Part shown: in pieces, positions 24,965 through 37,738 of the stretch
How positions within the stretch are numbered: the stretch's first letter is position 1
Layout: every line of letters starts with the position of its first letter
Source: Octopus sinensis
Lineage: Eukaryota
Length of the DNA: 64,000 nt
Direction of reading: 5' to 3'
NCBI RefSeq assembly: GCF_006345805.1
Contig: NC_042997.1
Coordinates: 168,454,001-168,518,000 of the forward strand
Made by a program: the position numbers and the translations under genes
Notes under the pieces: generated by a model
Database searches by the model: none
What the model saw: only the letters and a program-made list of their open reading frames with translations
What the model was told of the DNA's origin: nothing

Positions 24965-26156
24965 AACCTAAACTACACATAGAAAGACTATATATACAAC
25001 GTATAGAAGGTGGTAGAGGCCTTATACAACTGGAAAACTACTATAAAATAACCACCATAGGACTGCAAAAATATCTACTTCAGAAGGAAGGAAAACTGAT
25101 ACAAATAGCGGCAAAACACGAGCAAAACAAAAAACTGTTCTCAGTATTAAAGGAAGCTGACAAATACAAACAAGAAATCATACCACCTAATAAATATGAA
25201 AAAGAAGAAGAAGAAGATGAAGAAACAACAAAAGCTATAAAACAAATGAAATCCAAACTAAAAATAGAACAGCAACGAACCATGATAAAACGATGGCAAG
25301 AAAAGCCCCTTCATGGTAAATACTGGACTAAACTAAACGCAAAAGAAATAGACAAAGAAAAATCCCAGCAATGGTTGAGAAGCTCAGGACTCAAAGCAGA
25401 AACAGAGGGATTTTTAATTGCAGCACAAGACCAAAGCCTCCCCACCAGAAATTACCAAAAACATGTAATGAAAAGAAATATTACAAGTAACTGCAGAATA
25501 TGTGGAGATGGACAAGAAACAATAAATCATATTATCTCTAGCTGCCCAGTCCTGGCTAAGAAGGAATATATTCACAGACATGACAGAGTTGGAACCTACA
25601 TACATTGGAAGCTATGCCAACATTATGGAATAACAACAGAAAAAAGATGGTATAGGCACACACCAGAAAAGGTCACAGAAAACTAGAAAGCAACCATACT
25701 CTGGGATATGCCGATACACACAGATAGAGAAATTAAGGCCAACAGACCAGATATAGTTGTCAGAGATCATGAAGAAAAAAAAATGCTTTCTAATTGATGT
25801 ATCAATACCGGCAGATGACAACGTGTCTCTAAAAGAAATGGAGAAACTCTCAAAATACAAAGACCTGGAAATAGATGTAACCAGAATGTGGAATCTAAAA
25901 ACAGAAACAATTCCTATCATAGTAGGTGCATTAGGCATGATAAAAAAATATTCAGACAAATACATAACAAAAACACCAGGACTTACAAACACATATAACA
26001 TACAGGAAATTGCACTACTAGGCACTGCACACATCCTACGCAGAACACTTTCCATACAATAACCATCAGAGCATCACAACAAACCACAGCACATACCCAA
26101 GGCACACAGAGCTGCGCTCGGTAGTGAAGTGAAAGCACGCTATAAAAATAAAACTA

Positions 26157-26160
<4 letters not shown>
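24965..26160 (+). mobile_element. Young 5'-truncated Dong/R4-clade LINE ending in (AAT)n
   Basis: GGRGLIQLE, LHGKY, CRICGDGQETINHIISSC (CCHC), ANRPDIVV..CFLIDVSIP..KEMEKLSKYKDL (PD-(D/E)xK), LGTAHILRRTL; one premature stop and one frameshift. Confidence 0.93.
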
Positions 26161-26193
<33 letters not shown>

Positions 26194-26231
26194 GTAGTAG
26201 TAGTAGTAGTAATAATAATAATAATAATAAT

Positions 26232-26752
26232 AAATAATAATAATAATAATAAATGCCCTGATGCAGTACCAGACAGTGGCACTCGTGGCTTCTGATCTTA
26301 ACTGATTGGAAGTGTTATCATGTACATTGTTTTGTCTTGGTAGAAAAGATGGGCTGTAGGCAAATATTCTGCTCAATACCACAGATTTGCTTGTCAGTTG
26401 TTTGACCATAACCAGTTGAGCATGTCCCTTAGTGACTGACGATATGTGCATCTCTGATCACGAGCAGAAGTAGTGGTGGAGTATTATAGCCATATGTTGA
26501 GAGGGATTCTTTGGGGTTTGAATAATTCACCTCTGGAATGATGGGTGTTTCGTTCAACATCCTTAAACAACTCTTATTCAGGGACCTTTTGAGCGGGATG
26601 GGTTACTCGACCAGAAAAAAATTCTAACTGGGCCCCACCTGCAAAGGCATGTGCTATTTATCTTGATATAAGATCACCATGTCGCACACATATGGTTGTG
26701 ATGCATGTGCCTGGTGTGCCCTTATCAGACGGGTAGTCATGATGGGTATATG
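26232..26752 (+). mobile_element. SINE-like family D, longer copy, between (AAT)n tracts
   Basis: 3' 200 bp homologous to 20650-20893 and 19158-19397. Confidence 0.7.
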
Positions 26753-28493
26753 ATAATAATAATAATAATAATAATAACATCGAAAAATACCTTAGGAACG
26801 AGAACCTAGGTTCAAAATTTCCCCCAAGACACCTGATGACGGCTGGAGGGTATATCAGCTGAAATGTTGTGCTAACAACAAAGAAGATGAGGACAAATAT
26901 CCGTCAAATGTAAATAATGTAAGTAATGCTATTGTAAAATTGAAAGGTAATACAAATACGGATGGATAGTTCAGTTCGATCAAATGAATTATCGGCTCAC
27001 TGAATTAACTTGTATGCAGTTGAGCACTCCACAAGCACCTGTAACATAATTTTCAGGTAGAATCAACGTGACACTTTGTAACGGCTTCTATGTCTCATAA
27101 GGTATAGGTCGATAGGAGACAACAGAAAATGATAGTCGTTCATGATGCCACGCAATGGTATCGAACCTAGGACCTCGTTGTTACGAAGCAAACTTCTCAA
27201 CCATTCGGCCAAACATACAAATAAATAAATTACTATGCAAAGTTTGAGAATTAGTCCGAATTAGAGTGATCACTGATAAAGTCTTGAAGCCCACTCCTAC
27301 CTCAGCGCCTAAACCTTACGACGGGCCTGGAGGCATCAGACGACCCTGCATAAAATGCTAATCTTATTGTAATTTTTTTTTCTTTTTCTAACCGGAGACA
27401 TATAAGAGCTCAAAAGCCATGCGCTATCCTTTAGGCACATCGAAAATCAAATGAATAAACTTGTTACGCTGCACTCGAGCCGTACTACAATTCACCTTTT
27501 GTATTTTATTTTTATTTTTGTATAAATCAAACCAGGAAGAAACGCGCTCGAACAGGACTCATTAGAGCTGGTTACCCGGTTTCCATATCGTATAGGTGAC
27601 CGAAATCACAACAATCCCCATAAACGTGACGCTAGTCTGTCGCAGAATTTTCATTTACAGCTGAATAGAGTAGAGTAACCTCAAGTGTTTTGCCCAAGAA
27701 CACGTTTTACACGGTCAGGTAATCGAATCCGATCATGCAGACATGCGTGCAACACCATGACCACCAGGCCATGCACTTTTACGATGAAAAGAAGGGAGAA
27801 AGTTTTATTAGACAGGGAGAACCTAACCAAAATGCTTACAGGTTGTCGATTCCGCAAAAAAAAACAGTTATGCATTAAACAGAGCGACAGATTGAGTATA
27901 TCACATGAGAACAGGAATGTTTGTCTGCTAAATTCAAGACATGAATAATTGAATATACAGTTAATGTTTTCCTACACATTGATCTACACCCATTCCAGTT
28001 TTTTTTTTTTTTGGTTTTTCATTTCCAGGCCAAGATGTAAACATTAACCGAATATACTTGTTCGGATGCCTTGCAATAAGATCGAACCCCGGAATCATGA
28101 GAATGCGAAGTGAACAACTGAACCACATAGCCTCATCTGCGCCCCATACTTGTTTCCAAACACTTATTTTATCGAATTTTTATAAATGAAAGATAAATTC
28201 GATCTCAGTGATTTCTGTATGAGGCTTCGAAGATTCTTCTGTTCATCGCATTCCTTTTAAATACTAATATAAAGGCTCTGAAACAGTCACAATGACAAAA
28301 TACTATAGAGGAAGGAGAGGGTGGTTTAACTTATATAACCAGCGTAGTACTTGATTAGTATATTTGGCAATGTTTCGTTTGTAGTAGCACACGTTTCCGT
28401 AACATTGCCGTATATTTTATATTATTTTATCGCTGAAAGACAAATGTGATGACATCAAAATTGGAATTGGTTAAAGGGTACCGCGCGCTTGTG

Positions 28494-28563
<70 letters not shown>

Positions 28564-28677
28564 ACTGGGCGTGGGGTATGCGTGTAGATATGTATGTGAA
28601 TAACGGTAGGTAAATTCACTGACAAAATTCCGTACAGTCACGGAAAAGAAAGTAAACAAAGTTACATATTTCCTTAC

Positions 28678-28804
28678 CAGAAAGAAATGCTTTATCTGAC
28701 AATCGAACTTTCAAGCCTGGATTTTCTGCATTTGTAAAAACAGCATTGTAAAATACCGTACTAGTAAGTAAAAGTACAGTTTTAAGTAGCATGCCGGATA
28801 ACAT
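28678..28804 (-). CDS. LBP/BPI: LBP/BPI-family gene, coding exon 1 (signal peptide + start of N-terminal BPI domain)
   Basis: ATG at 28804 (second ATG at 28792) gives MLSGMLLKTVLLLTSTVFYNAVFTNA|ENPGLKVRLSDKAFLS: a hydrophobic signal followed by the family N-terminal motif NPGxxVRxSxK. Ends TCTG|gtaagg (phase 1, 127 nt). The ORF-track start at 28837 is a TTG. Confidence 0.92.
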
Positions 28805-28867
28805 TGTGAAAGTTTGTGTGAGTAGACGAGGTGACAATAATAAACTAAGCTCGTGATGAGTGTAGAC

Positions 28868-28882
28868 AAATTATATATAAAA
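28868..28882 (-). promoter_or_regulatory. Probable TATA box of the LBP/BPI gene
   Basis: Minus strand reads TTTTATATATAATTTG about 70 nt upstream of the first ATG, implying a TSS near 28845. Confidence 0.55.
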
Positions 28883-28913
28883 GCTGAGTGGGTCAAACAG
28901 GATTTAAACTATT

Positions 28914-28923
28914 GTCACGTGAC
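28914..28923. promoter_or_regulatory. Palindromic E-box GTCACGTGAC (CLEAR/M-box type)
   Basis: Exact 10-mer about 35-40 nt upstream of the TATA box. Confidence 0.45.
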
Positions 28924-30795
28924 ATCTTGTGACGCCCTACCTCGAATGCATGCACTATTATATAGTCACTCACAAAAAAAAAAAATAATAATAATAAAAA
29001 GGAATATAAACTATTAAGCACATATCTAATCAATTACATAGATCGATGCTAGAAATCGAAGTATTTTGTTTGATAAGAACACTTAAAATTTATACATCTT
29101 GATAAATGTATACAAGGAAAGAAAATTAGAGATAGAAAATTTATTCATACACATCCGCAAATAACATCCTAGAGTGGAACACTAAATGCTATTATGATTT
29201 TCCTTCTTTTTCTTTCTTTCCTATTTAAAATTTTTTTTGATTTTGAAACCTTTTTACTCACAAGTTGTCGATTCAATCACACGAAACAAAAGGAAAAACA
29301 TTTGATTGCTCGATCTCCTAGAAAAAGTGACCGAATTTCACCGAAACCTTGCCATCTTAAAAACAGCAAGGATATCGTTTAGATGATAATTTTGATGAAT
29401 TTCCTGGCAATAAGATGATTAGAACGTTTTGATCACAGGTTTACTTAATCAGAGTTACCCCGTGCCTACACAACATCTTGTGAAAGCCACAACATCTTGT
29501 GAAAGGGACACAGATAGTATGGTGAAGGACTAGAATACTTTTTCATATTTGCCATCTTAAAGCATGGGCACTCTGTAGTTGCCCAGGGACCTTGTGAGTC
29601 TTGGGACTCAATGATGGTTTATGCATGTTATGCCTTGTCGTCAATAAGGAAATACTGTATGGTAGCGAGCTTGCAGAATCGTTAGCATCCCGGACAAAAT
29701 GCTGAGCAGCATTTCGTCCGTCTCTACATTCTAAGTTCAAATTCCGCTGAGATCGACTTTGCCTTTCATCTTTCCGGGGCTGATAAAATAAGTACCAGTT
29801 CAGTATTGGGGTTGATGTAATAGACTTACCTCGTTCCCCGAAACTGTTGACCTTGTATCAAAATGTGAAACCGTTAAGTAAATACTATAGGGCTCAGTGT
29901 AGTAATTTGCTCGGGGCCTACAATGCTACCAAGATAGCTTTGCCTCCGAGTTCGAGTCCCACCAGCTTGATGTTTGTCTCTTATCTGTTCTGGGTCAGCT
30001 AGTTAAGGGCGTGTATGGATTTTATTTCATTATATTTTGTTTTATATTGTCCCTGAGACCTTTTCACTATTTGTTATTAGTTTGATGTTGGTTGTTGAAT
30101 CAGTCACGCGCAAAGCCAATTAGGCGGGTGTTTTAAGTAGTCTCTCTACATGCAAAATATATTTCTTTACTACCCACAAGGGGCTACACAGAGGAGACAA
30201 ACAAGGACAGACAAACGGATTAAGTCGATTACATCGACCCCAATGAACTGGTACTTAATTTATCGACCCCGAAAAGATGAAAGGCAAAGTCAACCTCAGC
30301 GGAATTTGAACTCACAACGTAGCGGCAGACGAAATACGGCTAGGCATTTCGCCCGGTGTGCTAACGTTTCTGCCAGCTCGCCGCCAGGCGACCAAATTCA
30401 CCCCTCAAACTATACCATCTTAAAAACGGCAAGGATGATAATTCTGATGTATCTGTTGAAAAGAAAAAAAAAAGATGGGTTACATATATATTTCTTTACT
30501 GCTCACAAGGGGCTAAGCATAGAGGGGACAAACAAGTACAGACACACGGATTAAGTCGATTACATCGATCCCAGTGCGTAACTGGCATCTTTTCTTTTTG
30601 ATGGACATCCAACTGGGATCTTTTCTTTTTGATGGACGGAATTTTCTAGTTAACTAAACAATTTGAAACTTCGTATACTGGCAGAATGTGTCAAAAGAAA
30701 ACACACTTACATGAATATCTGTACAAATGAGAGCAAGAAAGCACTCAATACCTTCTATAGAGTTTATGTATGTGTGAATGTGTGTGTGTATATAT

Positions 30796-30830
<35 letters not shown>

Positions 30831-30831
30831 C

Positions 30832-30863
<32 letters not shown>

Positions 30864-30926
30864 ATATATATATAATGTAGGATAAAATTTTTTCGGAAAA
30901 AAATTCTATCAACGGTTAAATTATAA

Positions 30927-31119
30927 ACAACTTATAAATAAGGGCCAACGAAAAAATTCCTAATGCCAAATATGCCGAAAATTGGACACATTGTCCATTT
31001 ACCATATAATATTTTTCCTGCGTACTGGGGAAAAAAATTATATGGTAATGGACAATATGTCCAATTTTCGGCATATTTGGCATTAGACATTTTTTCGTTT
31101 GCCCTTATTTATAAGTTGT
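30927..31119. repeat. Palindromic element (~92-bp arms) abutting (TA)n
   Basis: ACAACTTATAAATAAGGG...ATTTTTCC / GGAAAAAAATT...CCCTTATTTATAAGTTGT. Confidence 0.9.
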
Positions 31120-31123
31120 ATAT

Positions 31124-31157
<34 letters not shown>

Positions 31158-31182
31158 ATAATATATATATATATATACATAC

Positions 31183-31273
<91 letters not shown>

Positions 31274-31299
31274 TGTATGTATGTATGTATGTATGTATG

Positions 31300-31344
<45 letters not shown>

Positions 31345-31368
31345 TATATATATATATATATTATATAT

Positions 31369-31402
<34 letters not shown>

Positions 31403-31403
31403 A

Positions 31404-31448
<45 letters not shown>

Positions 31449-31641
31449 TATATGAAAGAATGGAGTTGAACGACTAGTTAACAAATATCCTTTATTCTCG
31501 ACATATTTATGTAGAAGAGGTTTGCTCGAAACGAAAAATCCTCTTTCTTTCCTTTCCTGAGTGTCTGATAATGCAGTATTTGTACCATGTCCTCGCGTTG
31601 TTGTTTTTGCTTGCTTGTTCTTTGTTTGGATTAACTATATA

Positions 31642-31696
<55 letters not shown>

Positions 31697-31702
31697 CATA
31701 CA

Positions 31703-31738
<36 letters not shown>

Positions 31739-31941
31739 TATATACATAATTGAATGAATTATCTTATTAAGGATTATTCGAAAGATAACCGATACCTGGG
31801 TAGCAAATTCACATCAGAAAGAACACGGTTGAAGCTACGTCCCTAGGGCATAGACTACGTGTCTTCGTGCGGAAATTTGTAGGTTTATTTAAAATTATAA
31901 GTATATGAAAGAATGGAGTTGAACGACTAGTTCACAAATAT

Positions 31942-32036
31942 CCTTTATTCTCGACATATGTTTCGAAGGCTGCATATTCCTAATTCCAAAGGAATAAGGA
32001 GTACATTATGCAGATTTCTCATCAGGAAAATCAAGG
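31942..32036 (-). ncRNA. Type I hammerhead ribozyme motif 1 (intact core)
   Basis: Minus strand: CCTTGATTTTC-CTGATGA-GAA(AT)CTGCATA...TATGCAG(CC)TTC-GAAA-CATATGTC-GAGAATAAAGG. Predicted cut after the C complementary to 31953. Confidence 0.8.
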
Positions 32037-32178
32037 AACTTAATTCGACATCAAAATGCACAAAAAACTTTTAGCTGACCGCTCTCAAGGAGCCCATGGC
32101 GATAGACTCATTATCGGCATGGCTCCTTGAGAGTGGTCAGCTAAAAGTTTTTTGTGCATTTTGATGTCGACATAAGTT

Positions 32179-32272
32179 CCTTGATTTTCCTGATGAGAAA
32201 TCTGCATAATGTACTCCTTATTCCTTCGGAATTAGGAATATGCAGCCTTCGAACATATGTCGAGAATAAAGG
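32179..32272 (+). ncRNA. Type I hammerhead motif 2 (GAAC instead of GAAAC)
   Basis: Same fold as motif 4 but one A missing at 32251-32254; may be a homopolymer error. Confidence 0.6.
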
Positions 32273-32541
32273 ATATTTGTGAACTAGTCGTTCAACTCCA
32301 TTCTTTCATATACTTATAATTTAAAAATAAACCTACAATTTCCGCACGAAGACACGTAGTCTATGCCCTAGGGACGTAGCTTCAACCGTGTTCTTTCTGA
32401 TGTGAATTTGCTACCCAGGTATCGGTTATCTTTCGAATTATCCTTAATAAGATAATTCATTCAATTATGTATATATATATGTATGTATGTATTATGTATG
32501 TATGTATGTATGTTATGTATGTATGTATGTATGTATGTATG

Positions 32542-32683
<142 letters not shown>

Positions 32684-32948
32684 ATATAAGTATATGAAAG
32701 AATGGAGTTGAACGACTAGTTAACAAATATCCTTTATTCTCGACATATTTATGTAGAAGAGGTTTGCTCGAAACGAAAAATCCTCTTTCTTTCCTTTCCT
32801 GAGTGTCTGATAATGCAGTATTTGTACCATGTCCTCGCGTTGTTGTTTTTGCTTGCTTGTTCTTTGTTTGGATTAACTATATATATATATATATAATATA
32901 TATATATATTAATATATATATATATATATATATACATACATACATACA

Positions 32949-32984
<36 letters not shown>

Positions 32985-33182
32985 CATAATTGAATGAATT
33001 ATCTTATTAAGGATTATTCGAAAGATAACCGATACCTGGGTAGCAAATTCACATCAGAAAGAACACGGTTGAAGCTACGTCCCTAGGGCATAGACTACGT
33101 GTCTTCGTGCGGAAATTTGTAGGTTTATTTTAAAATTATAAGTATATGAAAGAATGGAGTTGAACGACTAGTTCACAAATAT

Positions 33183-33277
33183 CCTTTATTCTCGACATAT
33201 GTTTCGAAGGCTGCATATTCCTAATTCCAAAGGAATAAGGAGTACATTATGCAGATTTCTCATCAGGAAAATCAAGG
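33183..33277 (-). ncRNA. Type I hammerhead ribozyme motif 3 (intact core)
   Basis: Identical to motif 1; predicted cut at 33194. Confidence 0.8.
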
Positions 33278-33420
33278 AACTTAATTCGACATCAAAATGC
33301 ACAAAAAACTTTTAGCTGACCGCTCTCAAGGAGCCCATGGCGATAGACTCATTATCGGCATGGGCTCCTTGAGAGTGGTCAGCTAAAAGTTTTTTGTGCA
33401 TTTTGATGTCGACATAAGTT

Positions 33421-33515
33421 CCTTGATTTTCCTGATGAGAAATCTGCATAATGTACTCCTTATTCCTTCGGAATTAGGAATATGCAGCCTTCGAAACATA
33501 TGTCGAGAATAAAGG
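33421..33515 (+). ncRNA. Type I hammerhead ribozyme motif 4 (intact core)
   Basis: Stem I 33421-31/33505-15 (10 of 11 pairs), CTGATGA 33432-38, stem II closed by G33439-C33492, GAAA 33493-96, palindromic stem III ACATATGT, GUC cleavage triplet ending 33504. Confidence 0.82.
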
Positions 33516-33715
33516 ATATTTGTGAACTAGTCGTTCAACTCCATTCTTTCATATACTTATAATTTAAAAATAAACCTACAAATTTCCGCACGAAGACACG
33601 TAGTCTATGCCCTAGGGACGTAGCTTCAACCGTGTTCTTTCTGATGTGAATTTGCTACCCAGGTATCGGTTATCTTTCGAATTATCCTTAATAAGATAAT
33701 TCATTCAATTATGTA

Positions 33716-33751
<36 letters not shown>

Positions 33752-33785
33752 TGTATGTATGTATGTATGTATGTATGTATGTATG

Positions 33786-33827
<42 letters not shown>

Positions 33828-34048
33828 ATCCAAACAAAGAACAAGCAAGCAAAAACAACAACGCGAGGACATGGTACAAATACTGCATTATCAGACACTC
33901 AGGAAAGGAAAGAAAGAGGATTTTCCGTTTCGAGCAAACCTCTTCTACAGAAATAGAGCAAAGTCCAAAAGAAGGGAAGACGGAGGAAGAAAATCGTCAA
34001 CGATATGCACGTGGTTACATCTTGAAATATATATGTGTGTATATATAT

Positions 34049-34137
<89 letters not shown>

Positions 34138-34141
<4 letters not shown>

Positions 34142-34468
34142 CAAGGAAAAATTGTAAAAATGCAGAATGCTAAATTGAAAGAAAATTTTAATGAAATGAG
34201 AAATTGATAAAATATATAAATATATATTTATTCAAACCGGTTTTCGTCATAATGTGACTTATCAAGAATAGTTAGGTAAAAAAATTTTTTTAAAGTGAGA
34301 AAGGGGAAAAAAGAAAGTTGCATAACTTCCTTTAACTATTCTTGATAAGTCACATTATGACGAAAACCGGTTTGAATAAATATATATTATATATTTTATC
34401 AATTTCTCATTTCATTAAAATTTTCTTTCAATTTAGCATTCTGCATTTCTACAATTTTTCCTTGCTTA
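34138..34468. repeat. Palindromic element (~137-bp arms, ~58-bp spacer) abutting (TA)n
   Basis: TAAGCAAGGAAAAATTG...GAATAGTTA / TAACTATTC...CAATTTTTCCTTGCTTA. Confidence 0.92.
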
Positions 34469-34511
34469 TCGTTTCTCCACGTGCGGTCAACACAACCCCA
34501 CCATTTATTGA

Positions 34512-34550
<39 letters not shown>

Positions 34551-34899
34551 TTACGAACAACATAGTTCCGGGTTCAGTCCCACTGCGTGGCACCTTTGGG
34601 CAAGTGTCTTCTACTATGGCCTCGGGCTGACCAAAGCCTTGTGAGTAGATTTGGTAGACGGAAACTGAAAGAAGCCCGTCGCATATATGCATATATATAT
34701 ATATGTTTGTGTGTCTGTGTTTGTCGCCCCCTAACATCGCCTGACAACCGATGTTGGTGTGCTTATGTCCCCGTAACTTAGGCGGTTCGGCAAAAGAGAC
34801 CGATAGAATAAGTACTAGGCTTACAAAGAATAAGTCCTGGGGTCGATTTGCTCGACTAAAGGAGGTGCTCCAGCATGGCCACAGTCACATGGGGTACCA

Positions 34900-35690
34900 A
34901 AAACGTAACAAATATTTAGCCATGTATGGACATGATCCAAAAAGTTCAGTTCTTGAATTTAGACATGTAGCGGTATCTAAGCTGCTTTTCCAGATGAGCC
35001 ATCTTTCCATATCACAAAGACCGCACTTTCCACGGCCGATGGTGTAAGGCTTTTACTTGGCTAAGATCTTCCAGTGGATGTTGTAATTGATACCTTTATC
35101 TTTTAAGGACCATATATGACTGGATAATTTTGTCGTTTTCTTTTGTCCCAGTGCCTGAAGCTCAAGGTGTGATTGTTGAACCTGGCCTTAAAACTTCCCT
35201 CTGAAAGGTCCACATATTTCTTTGTCGAAACTGTGTTCTTAGTGGTTGTAGAGCCTACGGTGGCTTCATAAATGATGGTCTCGAACATGCAAGCTCCATT
35301 TAGCGGGAATAAATTTTTGTCCTTGCATGAACAGCTGGTTTCATTTTGTGGTTTTTGAACGTTGCGTGCGATTATATATTTTAAAATTAGTAGTTGAGCT
35401 GAAGCTGATTTTTAAGTTATGTCTATTGAGGAGCTTTCTGTAAGTATGATTGACTGGAAAATGTCTATCTATCAGTGCTAAGAAATACTTACCTACATTA
35501 AAGGTCACTTCGGGAAAGTAGAGGGGTGTGAACCAGATAGTTTTCCTATTCCTATGTTTTCTTTTCTTTATTACTGGACTGGTGACAGGTGTATAGGTTA
35601 TTTCCTCGCTAAATCCACTATCTTTTAGAGCATTATTTTATACTGGGGCAACGCAATTAAAAATGTCCCTATCGGAGGAGAGGCTAGAAA
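34900..35690 (-). mobile_element. Penelope-like element remnant (RT C-terminus + GIY-YIG endonuclease)
   Basis: ETIIYEATV...KKYVDLSEGSFKARFNNHTLSFRH, and further on LNSRTELFGSCPY. Confidence 0.85.
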
Positions 35691-35962
35691 TTCTTTTACT
35701 CTTTTACTTGTTTCAGTCATTTGACTGCGGCCATGCTGGAGCACCGTCTTTAGTCGAACAAATCGACCCCAGGACTTATTCTTTGTAAGCCTCGTACTTA
35801 TTCTATCGGTCGCTTTTGCCGAACCGCTAAGTTACGGGGACGTAAACGCACCAGCATCGGTTGTCAAGCGATGTTAGGGGGTACAAACACAGACACACAA
35901 ACATATACACATACATACATACATACATACATACATGCATACATACATACATACATACGTAC

Positions 35963-36107
<145 letters not shown>

Positions 36108-36759
36108 TAGCAGAGATACCCGGAGTTGTCCGCTTACATTCAATTCAAGACTTAGACTTTTCTGTTATATTTTCTGTAATGAAGTGGAATATCTATGTTT
36201 CGAATTTCCTCAAAATTGCAGATGAGGGTTATTTCCCTCTTTACACACCCTAAAAAAATTGTAATCGTGCCACATGTATCCCATACTACTGATTTTTATG
36301 CGCATATTCCAAAATTCCAGTCTTATTGAACCTGTTAAAAATATTTTGCTTTTGAAAAATGAAGGTCATGGAGCTCTAAAATGTGAGAGTTAAGGCCCCT
36401 GTTGGGGGTGGGCATCTTAATATCAACCAGAGAAGTTGAATTGTTGAAAATCTTTTTAACTTGGGTCTTATATCTATTGTTTGAATTTCTTTGAAATAGG
36501 AAATATATGTTCACTGGGTTTGTAAAAGAGAGCAAAGCTACAGGAAGCCAAAAGACGAATGATCACAATAAGCAGTCAGTTACCCTACTCTAGTCGTTAC
36601 CACTCCCAATGTAGGATTCCTCACCATCCAGGTGACAGGCACAGCTGTAAGATGCATTACGAATCTATAGCAATTGGAAGGGCGTAACCCAACTGAAATC
36701 AACATTAACAACTGTGTGACGTGAGGGCTAACGAGAAATGAAAGTTGGAGTTTGCAAAT

Positions 36760-37160
36760 GACCACTATACTGATACTGATAATAAGTGCATACAAATCTT
36801 GTATTTTGAGCACAGTTTTGTATGGGACTGAAACAAGACATATAAAGAAACTTGAAACCTTTCACATGTGCCGTCTGCGCAATACCTTCAACATAAAAAT
36901 GGTAAGATAAGATATCAAACGTCAAAATCTTAGAAAAATGTGATATCTCCAGTATCAAAAGCATGCTACTGAGAATTCAATGCAGATGGGTAGGACATGT
37001 CATTTGTATGAAAGATGACTGCATTCCAAAAAATTCCTTTGTATGGCCAACGAGTTGTGTGATACTGCGGTAAAGGAAAAACCCGTCCTTGTGTATAAGT
37101 ATAAATTGAAGCAATCACTGAAGTCCCTCCTACTTAAATTACATTCTGCTGTCAGCAGAC
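36760..37160 (+). mobile_element. RTE LINE remnant
   Basis: YGTET..HIKKLETFHMCRLR...RWVGHVICMKDDCIPK...YKYKLKQSLK. Confidence 0.75.
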
Positions 37161-37360
37161 ACATATGCCCAGTCTCAGGCGATTTCATAGCAATGGACTC
37201 AAATTACATTTACACATCCATCGCAAATAGATGCATCTTCTTTTTTTCTTTTATTTTTAAAGTTGTTTTCTCTTTTCCTCACATTTAAAAAAGTATTTTC
37301 TTACTTTTTTCATTATATCCTCTCCTTCAAATACTCATACATCGAAATCGACGGGAGTGA

Positions 37361-37458
<98 letters not shown>

Positions 37459-37738
37459 GAATGGTTTACACCTGGTGGCTTACTGGTAAAGCACGGTCAC
37501 TTTTCACTGTGATCGTTATGTATATGGTAAATGAAAGCTGATGCTAGATGTATATGGCAAATGAGGAATCGATGCTAGATGTGTCGAAACAATTGTCATG
37601 ATTTATAATAAATGATTGTATATTCTATCTTCCGTCTTTCATTTGCCATATTTGTTTTCTATATGGTGTGAATAACATCTTTCTTTATTGAATTGTTTAA
37701 TAAAGGTTTTCTCTCTAAATTATATATATATATATATA

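Larger units (their letters stand above)
31747..32467. repeat. ~720-bp near-perfect palindrome, copy 1, with a hammerhead in each arm
   Basis: Arms of about 360 bp pair almost to the centre (CGATA-gactcat-TATCG near 32108); flanked by (TACA)n/(TGTA)n. Confidence 0.95.
32987..33711. repeat. ~720-bp palindrome, copy 2 (period about 1242 bp)
   Basis: Identical to copy 1 apart from homopolymer-length differences seen by eye. Confidence 0.95.

Noticed and set aside
30963-31753. Numerous YIYI/MYVC/HTHT ORFs here and elsewhere
   Set aside because: Translations of (TA)n, (TACA)n and (CA)n microsatellites.
37540-37600. GAAACAATTGTC hammerhead 3' half
   Set aside because: The CUGANGA half is replaced by a local tandem duplication, so the motif is incomplete.
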